Of a stretch of DNA of 44,242 nucleotides, positions 38,008-44,242 are shown piece after piece. Numbering within the stretch: position 1 is the stretch's first letter; every line of letters begins with the position of its first letter. Source of the stretch: Streptomycetaceae bacterium. Lineage in GTDB: Bacteria > Actinomycetota > Actinomycetes > Nanopelagicales > Nanopelagicaceae. The stretch is taken from NCBI GenBank assembly GCA_027486075.1, contig JAIXPU010000116.1:1-44242 (forward strand), given 5' to 3'. The position numbers were made by a program, and so were the translations under genes. The notes beneath the pieces were generated by a model, which saw only the letters and a program-made list of their open reading frames with translations, did not search any database and was not told the origin of the DNA.

Positions 38008-39366
38008 ATGAGCTCTTCAATATTTAAGGCATACGATATTCGCGGGCTTGTTGATAAAGAACTCACGCCAGATTTTGCCTTTGCGACTGGAATTGCTGTC
38101 GCGCGTTTTCTTGAACAATCGCGCGAACCAGGCACGGTAGTTATTGGCGAAGATATGCGTCCATCCTCGCCGACGCTCGCCACAGCTTTCGCAGCTGGGG
38201 TTACGTCACAAGGGTTAGATGTGATTCGAATCGGTTTAGCTTCAACCGATATGTTGTATTTCGCCTCTGGAAAACTCAATCTTCCTGGAGCAATGTTTAC
38301 CGCCAGCCACAACCCTGCCGAATACAACGGCATCAAGCTCTGCCTGAGCGGTGCCAGACCAATCGGCAAAGAGTCAGGGCTGCTCACGATTGAGAATTAC
38401 GTCCGAGATGGCGCACCCATGGCGATGCGCAACGTAGGAGTTGAGAAGACACAAAACATGCTGGAGGAGTATGTAGATCACCTGCTCTCACTCGTTGATC
38501 TGTCTGCAATCCGCCCGCTCAAGATTGTTATCGATGCCGGAAATGGAATGGGTGGATACACCGCGCCTGCAGTGTTTCAGCGCCTGAACGCTGAAGTTAT
38601 TGAGATGTACTTCGAACTCGATGGAACCTTCCCTAACCACGAAGCCAACCCCATCGAACCGGCAAACTTAGTTGATCTGCAAAAAGCAGTGAAGAAACAT
38701 AAGGCAGATATTGGCCTTGCATTCGATGGCGATGCCGACCGCTGCTTCCTTGTCGATGAAAAGGGTGCGCTCGTAAATCCTTCTGCTCTGACAGCGCTGA
38801 TTGCAACTCGCGAACTTGCCAAGAACCCTGGCGCATCGATCATCTACAACTTGATTTCATCCAGAGCGGTGAAAGAAGTTGTTGAAGAAAGCGGTGGCAC
38901 CGCAATTCGATCTCGCGTTGGACATTCCTATATTAAGAAGCTCATGGCCGAAACAAATGCAGTCTTTGGTGGCGAGCATTCAGGACATTTCTATTTCCGC
39001 GACTTTTGGCGCGCAGATTCTGGAATGTTGGCAGCCCTTCATGCGATTGCAGCGCTCGGTGAAACAGATTCATCGCTCTCTGAATTACTGAAGACATTTA
39101 ATCGTTATCACTCAAGCGGTGAAATCAATTCAACCGTTAAAGATGCTGCCTCTGCCATGAAGAAGATTGAAGAAATTTATGGAAGTGGCGATGGAGTTGA
39201 AGTCGATCACCTAGATGGCCTGACAGTCAGCCACGCCGATTGGTGGTTCAACCTACGGGCTTCAAATACCGAGCCACTCCTTAGACTCAACGTTGAGGCT
39301 TCCGCTAAGTCCCGCATGGAATCTATGCGAGATGATGTACTTAACACCATCCGCAGTAAGGGCTAA
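38008..39366 (+). CDS. manB: Phosphomannomutase/phosphoglucomutase
   Basis: FKAYDIRG, TASHNP, FDGDADR, GGEHSGH, RASNTEP. Confidence 0.94.
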   Translation: MSSSIFKAYDIRGLVDKELTPDFAFATGIAVARFLEQSREPGTVVIGEDMRPSSPTLATAFAAGVTSQGLDVIRIGLASTDMLYFASGKLNLPGAMFTASHNPAEYNGIKLCLSGARPIGKESGLLTIENYVRDGAPMAMRNVGVEKTQNMLEEYVDHLLSLVDLSAIRPLKIVIDAGNGMGGYTAPAVFQRLNAEVIEMYFELDGTFPNHEANPIEPANLVDLQKAVKKHKADIGLAFDGDADRCFLVDEKGALVNPSALTALIATRELAKNPGASIIYNLISSRAVKEVVEESGGTAIRSRVGHSYIKKLMAETNAVFGGEHSGHFYFRDFWRADSGMLAALHAIAALGETDSSLSELLKTFNRYHSSGEINSTVKDAASAMKKIEEIYGSGDGVEVDHLDGLTVSHADWWFNLRASNTEPLLRLNVEASAKSRMESMRDDVLNTIRSKG

Positions 39367-39390
39367 ATGACGCTTTTATCTGGCGTCCAC

Positions 39391-39484
39391 TAACCTATAT
39401 ACCTAGCCGACTAGCACAGTAGAGCCCTACGCCGAAGGTCAAGCGAAGAAAAACAGCCGTTTTTACTAGGGGAGATATTTTTAA
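39391..39484 (+). promoter_or_regulatory. ahcY promoter and ~80-nt structured 5' leader (candidate cis-regulatory RNA)
   Basis: TAACCT 39391-39396; stem GTAG/CTAC 39419-39430; CCTAG 39402-39406 complementary to CTAGG 39466-39470, which overlaps SD GGGGAG. Confidence 0.5.
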
Positions 39485-40765
39485 ATGACACCTGTTACAA
39501 CTATTCCAAAGCATGACATTGCAGATGCATCACTTGCTGAAGCTGGCCGCAAGAAGATTGAATGGGCAGAACGCAACATGCCTGTACTTGCACAGATCCG
39601 CGAGCGTTTTGAAAAGTCACAGCCATTTACAGGAGTACGCATCGCAGCATGTATGCACGTCACAACAGAGACTGCAAACTTGATGCGCGTTCTTAAAGCT
39701 GGCGGCGCTGAAATCGCACTCTGTGCTTCAAATCCGCTTTCAACACAAGATGACACAGCAGCAGCGCTGGTTCACGAATACGGTATTTCAGTATTCGCTC
39801 GCAATGCCGTTGATCGCGATGGTTACTACGCGCATATCAATGCCGCCCTTGATATTAATCCGCACCAAGTCTTCGATGATGGTTGCGATCTCGTTAACAC
39901 TCTTCACACCACTCGCAAGGAACTCCTTCCTAATATTGCCGGAGGTTGCGAAGAGACCACAACGGGTGTTATCCGTCTTAACCAGATGGCAAAAGATGGC
40001 GCGCTGACATTCCCAATGATCGCTGTCAATGACACCGATACAAAGCACATGTTCGACAACCGTTACGGAACAGGTCAGTCCACTCTTGATGCTGTCTTCC
40101 GTGCTACCAACTTCTTATTGGCAGGACGTATCGTCGTTGTCGCAGGATTTGGTTACTGCGGCAAGGGCGTTGCAGAACGCGCTAAGGGCATGGGCGCCGA
40201 TGTCATCGTCACAGAAATTGATCCAACTAAGGCACTTGATGCGATGATGCAGGGCTTCCGCGTGATGCCAATGGTTGATGCAGCAAAGGTTGGAGATGTA
40301 TTCATCACCGTAACCGGTAACCGCGATGTACTTCGCGATGAGCACTTCGCTGTCATGAAGGATGGCGCAATTCTGGCTAACTCAGGCCATTTCGATATTG
40401 AAATCGATGTTGCTTGGCTCGAGCAAAACTCAGTAAAGAAGAATGAAAAGATGCGCCATCAGACTGACGAATACGTCATGAAAGATGGTCGTCGCATTCT
40501 TCTTCTTGCAGAAGGTCGCCTTGTTAACCTAGGAGCTGCAGAAGGACACCCAGCTTCAGTCATGGATATGTCATTCTCTGATCAGGCACTTACCGCTGAA
40601 TACCTTGTTAAGGAAGCTAAGAATCTTCCTGCTGGCGTTCACGAAGTTCCTACCTATATCGATAAGGAAGTTGCTTCACTCAAGCTCAAGTCAATGGGTG
40701 GACGTATCGATGTGTTAACACCAGCTCAGGATATGTACCTCAACTCTTGGGAGCACGGTTCCTAA
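39485..40765 (+). CDS. ahcY: S-adenosylhomocysteine hydrolase
   Basis: [57 protein letters not shown]. Confidence 0.96.
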   Translation: MTPVTTIPKHDIADASLAEAGRKKIEWAERNMPVLAQIRERFEKSQPFTGVRIAACMHVTTETANLMRVLKAGGAEIALCASNPLSTQDDTAAALVHEYGISVFARNAVDRDGYYAHINAALDINPHQVFDDGCDLVNTLHTTRKELLPNIAGGCEETTTGVIRLNQMAKDGALTFPMIAVNDTDTKHMFDNRYGTGQSTLDAVFRATNFLLAGRIVVVAGFGYCGKGVAERAKGMGADVIVTEIDPTKALDAMMQGFRVMPMVDAAKVGDVFITVTGNRDVLRDEHFAVMKDGAILANSGHFDIEIDVAWLEQNSVKKNEKMRHQTDEYVMKDGRRILLLAEGRLVNLGAAEGHPASVMDMSFSDQALTAEYLVKEAKNLPAGVHEVPTYIDKEVASLKLKSMGGRIDVLTPAQDMYLNSWEHGS

Positions 40766-41446
40766 ATGGCACTGGTTATGGTCGTCGACGACGATCAAGA
40801 CCTTGCAGAAATGCTCGGAATTGTCTTAACAAGTTCGGGTTTCGATGTTGATCTTGTCAGTCGAGGAGATGAGGCGCTGGAGGTATTTAGAAATAATCCT
40901 CCAGACCTCGTCTTGCTCGATGTGATGTTGCCAGGAATTGATGGCATTGAGGTCTGCAGATTGATTAGACAAGAATCTATGGTCCCAATAGTCATGCTGA
41001 GCGCAAAGGGCGAGACGCAAGATATCGTCCGCGGCCTTGAAGCTGGCGCAGATGACTACATGCAGAAGCCATTTAGAGATAAAGCCGAATTAATTGCTCG
41101 TATTCGCACACGACTGCGTCGCACTAATGCCGATGTCACAGGCCTACTGACAATTGGTGATCTCGTCATTGATGTCACAGCTCATGAAGTCCATCGTGGT
41201 TCGACTTTGATTCAACTCACTCGCCTAGAGTTCGATCTATTGGTTGCACTTGCTAAAGATCCGGGCAGAGTATTTACACGTGATGCGCTCTTGAGTGAAG
41301 TTTGGGGCTATCGCCACAGCACAGATACTCGATTGGTCAACGTTCACGTGCAGCGTCTACGTTCTAAAGTCGAACATGATCCAGAGCATCCTGAGATTGT
41401 CATGACTGTGCGCGGAGTTGGTTACAAGGCGGGCGGCCCAGCGTAA
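40766..41446 (+). CDS. mtrA: OmpR-family response regulator MtrA
   Basis: VVDDD, LLDVMLPG, GADDY, LTRLEFDLL, DTRLVNVHVQRLRSKVE, TVRGVGYK. Confidence 0.93.
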   Translation: MALVMVVDDDQDLAEMLGIVLTSSGFDVDLVSRGDEALEVFRNNPPDLVLLDVMLPGIDGIEVCRLIRQESMVPIVMLSAKGETQDIVRGLEAGADDYMQKPFRDKAELIARIRTRLRRTNADVTGLLTIGDLVIDVTAHEVHRGSTLIQLTRLEFDLLVALAKDPGRVFTRDALLSEVWGYRHSTDTRLVNVHVQRLRSKVEHDPEHPEIVMTVRGVGYKAGGPA

Positions 41447-41460
41447 AGGGCGCACTCACC

Positions 41461-43029
41461 ATGAGGGGTATTCGCAAGACGTTGGCGCAATCACTTGCGA
41501 CCAAAGTTATTCTTTCGACAGTTCTTCTCTCATTGGGTGTCATTAGCCTTACTGGTTCAGCACTTAATTCCCGCCTATCCGATGGTATTCGTTCCGTAAG
41601 TTTAGATTCAGCGTTAACGGAGGCTCGCTTCACCTTCTTTAACGCCCAGTATCAATTGATTCTTTCGCAAGGCAAGAGCGTTGAAGAGCGCAAACAAGTG
41701 ATTGCAGGTTTGGTCGTTGAAGCAACGACCCAGGATGTCAATGAAGATAGTCGCGACATCATTCTTTTAAAGTTTCCCACTGAAAAGAACGCAAGCGTTT
41801 CATATGAAATGGCCTCGGCGTTAGTTGACCCCAAATCTGTCCCTGAATCACTTCGCGAGAGGGTGAGGGCTTCTAAAGAAGCACAGTATGAATATGCCCA
41901 GAACCGTTATCTCAATTCACTCACCTCCGATGCGCTCTTTGTTGGAGAGCCCATCAAAATTCCTGGTGGGGGAATGTATGAAATGTATGTTGTCTTTACC
42001 CTCAACACTCAAGCTGAGACCCTGACGCTCATTCGAAATTCACTTATCTTTACTGGGTTCGCACTTATCTTCCTGATCGGCCTCATCACTTGGCTAGTGG
42101 TTCGACAAGTCGTGCGACCAGTTCGTGATGCAGCGCGAATCGCAACCCAATTTACCGATGGTAACTTTAGCCAGCGCATGCAGGTTGGATCGGAAGATGA
42201 GATGGCAACCCTTGCTCATTCATATAACGAGATGGCCCAATCAATCGAACAACAGATTTCGCGTTTAGAGAACTTATCCCGCGTGCAGCAGAGATTTGTA
42301 TCGGATGTTTCTCATGAACTGCGTACACCGCTGACTACCTTACGTATGGCCTCTGAAGTTATCTATAACCAGCGCACCTCATTTGACCCAGTAGTCGCGC
42401 GAAGCTCCGAGCTACTTGCTGCCCAAATTGATCGCTTTGAAAGGCTACTAGAAGATCTCCTTGAAGTAAGTCGCTTTGATGCTGAAGTGGCGGTGCTTGA
42501 GCCAGTTGATTTTGATGTCGTTAACTTGGTAAAGAGATGTGTTGCGGATTTCGAGCTAGGTGAAGTCCCCACTGATTCGGGTATCCGCATCGAGCCAGAA
42601 GCAGCATCCATCCAGATTAAAGCTGATATTCGCCGCGTAGAGCGCATATTGCGCAACTTGCTCTCGAATGCGCTCGACCATGCTGATGGAAAAGAAATTG
42701 TCGTCACCATCCGCGCCACCGAGAGCGAGGTTGCAATTGGCGTCCGTGACTTTGGTCCAGGACTCAATGAATCCGCTCTCATTCGCGTCTTCGATAGATT
42801 CTGGCGCGCTGATCCTTCACGAGCACGCATTCGTGGTGGCACAGGCCTAGGGCTCTCTATCTCTCTAGAGGATGCGCGCCTACATAATGGAGAACTCGAT
42901 GCATGGGGAAGACCTGGCAAAGGCGCCCACTTTGTCTTGACGCTGCCGCGCGTTGCCGGAGATCAGATTCAAGGAAGACCAATTAAGGTCACACCGTTAG
43001 ATTTCCACGAGGAGAATTTCTACCTCTAA
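41461..43029 (+). CDS. mtrB: Sensor histidine kinase MtrB
   Basis: Two TM + HAMP, FVSDVSHELRTPL, NLLSNA, DFGPG, FDRFWRADPSR, GGTGLGL. Confidence 0.93.
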   Translation: MRGIRKTLAQSLATKVILSTVLLSLGVISLTGSALNSRLSDGIRSVSLDSALTEARFTFFNAQYQLILSQGKSVEERKQVIAGLVVEATTQDVNEDSRDIILLKFPTEKNASVSYEMASALVDPKSVPESLRERVRASKEAQYEYAQNRYLNSLTSDALFVGEPIKIPGGGMYEMYVVFTLNTQAETLTLIRNSLIFTGFALIFLIGLITWLVVRQVVRPVRDAARIATQFTDGNFSQRMQVGSEDEMATLAHSYNEMAQSIEQQISRLENLSRVQQRFVSDVSHELRTPLTTLRMASEVIYNQRTSFDPVVARSSELLAAQIDRFERLLEDLLEVSRFDAEVAVLEPVDFDVVNLVKRCVADFELGEVPTDSGIRIEPEAASIQIKADIRRVERILRNLLSNALDHADGKEIVVTIRATESEVAIGVRDFGPGLNESALIRVFDRFWRADPSRARIRGGTGLGLSISLEDARLHNGELDAWGRPGKGAHFVLTLPRVAGDQIQGRPIKVTPLDFHEENFYL

Positions 43030-43061
43030 ATTCTTGGCGCCAACAATGAAGAATGCGCGCC

Positions 43062-43700
43062 ATGAGGAGTATTCGCGCACTGCAAGAAATCATCTTTCCT
43101 AGTCGATGCTTAGGATGTGGACAGCTCGGCTTAGAGATATGTTCATCCTGTCGCAAGAGCTGGCATCCACATATCTATCGCCAGTGGTCGCAACATCTTC
43201 CAACGTATCCGATTTATTCTGCAGTCACATACTCTCCCATTGCCGGCAAAGTTTTGCTCGCTGCTAAAGAGAACAATCTGGCAATCGCTGACCAGTTGAT
43301 CTACAAAGCGCTCTTTCACTCATTGACATTTTCACTCAGAGAAAACGGTGGAGATTTTCTCGTATCAATACCTTCTCGTAAATCTGTTGCTCGAACACGC
43401 GGGAGGCAATTTATTTCAATTCTGGCAAGTCAACTCAGCGAAGAAACTGGGCTACCTGCATATGAAAATTTGGAACATACACGTCGGGTTCGCGACCAAT
43501 CCTCACTTGATGCAAAATCAAGATTTGATAATTTAGATGGCTCTATGAAATCCCTAAATTTTCTAAGTGGAAGGGCCATTGTTATTGACGACCTCGTCAC
43601 AACGGGGGCCACCCTTCAGGAAGCCGTGCGGGCGCTTCGGAATGGGGGGATTGAGGTAGCCGCTGCTGTAACTGCCTGCGTTGCAGAACCCCTACGATAA
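43062..43700 (+). CDS. comF: ComF family phosphoribosyltransferase-like protein
   Basis: CLGC..CSSC zinc motif, RG, Q..L....R..N, VIDDLVTTGAT; start 43053 or 43062. Confidence 0.88.
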   Translation: MRSIRALQEIIFPSRCLGCGQLGLEICSSCRKSWHPHIYRQWSQHLPTYPIYSAVTYSPIAGKVLLAAKENNLAIADQLIYKALFHSLTFSLRENGGDFLVSIPSRKSVARTRGRQFISILASQLSEETGLPAYENLEHTRRVRDQSSLDAKSRFDNLDGSMKSLNFLSGRAIVIDDLVTTGATLQEAVRALRNGGIEVAAAVTACVAEPLR

Positions 43701-43736
43701 GACCCTCAATACCGGCATATGCGGAAGGTAGTTGCA

Positions 43737-44242
43737 ATGGCTTCAATTCTTGATCGACTCATGCGAGCTGGCGAAGGCAAGATCCTTCGTGACTTGAGCA
43801 AGATCGTCGACAAGGTCAATGCTTTTGAGCCCAATATTTCATCTCTTTCAGATGAGCAATTGCGCGCCAAGACCGATGAATTCAAGTCACGCCTTACCCA
43901 AGGTCAGACTCTTGATGATTTGTTGCCTGAAGCATTCGCTGTCGTTCGCGAAGCTGCCAAGCGCACTCTCGGTCAGCGCCACTATGACGTACAGATTATG
44001 GGTGGAGCAGCGCTCCACATGGGCAATATTGCAGAAATGCGTACCGGTGAAGGAAAGACTCTTGTTGCAACCCTTCCTTCCTATCTCAACGCTCTTGCAG
44101 GTCGCGGCGTGCACGTTGTTACCGTCAATGATTATTTGGCAGAACGCGATAGCGAATGGATGGGTCGTATCCACCGCTTCCTAGGACTATCTGTTGGAGT
44201 AATTCTCAACAGCATGACTCCTGCCGAGCGCCGCGCTGCCTA
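43737..44242 (+). CDS. secA: Preprotein translocase SecA (5' part, runs off the window)
   Basis: Not in the ORF track. Manual translation: [15 protein letters not shown]...[12 protein letters not shown]...DVQIMGG...[12 protein letters not shown]...[11 protein letters not shown]; SD GGAAGG upstream. Confidence 0.96.
   Translation, partial: MASILDRLMRAGEGKILRDLSKIVDKVNAFEPNISSLSDEQLRAKTDEFKSRLTQGQTLDDLLPEAFAVVREAAKRTLGQRHYDVQIMGGAALHMGNIAEMRTGEGKTLVATLPSYLNALAGRGVHVVTVNDYLAERDSEWMGRIHRFLGLSVGVILNSMTPAERRAA

Noticed and set aside
39369-39387. Hairpin GACGC-N9-GCGTC after manB as an intrinsic terminator
   Set aside because: The stem is only 5-6 bp with no following U-tract and overlaps the ahcY -35 region. 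Too weak to call.
39400-39484. Canonical SAH or SAM-IV riboswitch upstream of ahcY
   Set aside because: The conserved cores of those classes are not recognisable. Reported only as a candidate novel or variant element.
42363-42920. 185-aa antisense ORF, and the many other 60-150 aa alternate-frame ORFs in the track
   Set aside because: They lie within well-supported genes, are Ser/Pro/Arg-rich shadow translations, and show no motifs or start signals.
43700-43736. raiA-motif RNA downstream of comF
   Set aside because: Only 36 bp of intergenic space and no hpf/raiA gene.
1-44242. Mobile elements, prophage, CRISPR, defence systems, tRNA/rRNA
   Set aside because: No integrase, transposase, cas or phage-like ORFs, no repeat-spacer arrays, and no intergenic gap with a tRNA cloverleaf were seen by eye.

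Overview
A very gene-dense housekeeping region (about 44 CDS, both ends truncated) of a genome-streamlined actinobacterium. The gene set, near-50% GC by eye and minimal spacers suggest the freshwater acI lineage (Ca. Planktophila/Nanopelagicales); this assignment is an inference. In order: an acyl-CoA carboxylase cluster (alpha, Maf, epsilon, beta) divergent from birA-purK-purE; a cell-envelope glycan locus (ugd, LCP, GT2, Wzm/Wzt-like ABC, SpoIID/LytB); the dapD-LOG-DUF3117-pepA-O-methyltransferase-htrA-tatB-mrp block; MgtE-N/DUF1003, EamA, PHP, MarC, DEAD helicase, TetR, moeZ, mshB, cysS, fdxA, dapC; then a mannose-1-P guanylyltransferase, whiB, GT2, DUF5719, DUF3499, phosphomannomutase, ahcY, mtrAB, comF and secA. 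I saw no mobile elements, CRISPR, rRNA or tRNA. Most notable: (1) an ~80-nt structured ahcY leader whose layout echoes the ZTP (pfl) riboswitch rather than the SAH riboswitch; (2) a stand-alone sigma-region-4 miniprotein with its own predicted promoter, near where sigE-rseA are missing; (3) a CysRS with a 73-aa N-terminal SH3-like extension; (4) pervasive predicted leaderless promoters, including overlapping divergent ones; (5) an AhcY of the short YGTGQS type. All calls are by eye; no searches were run.
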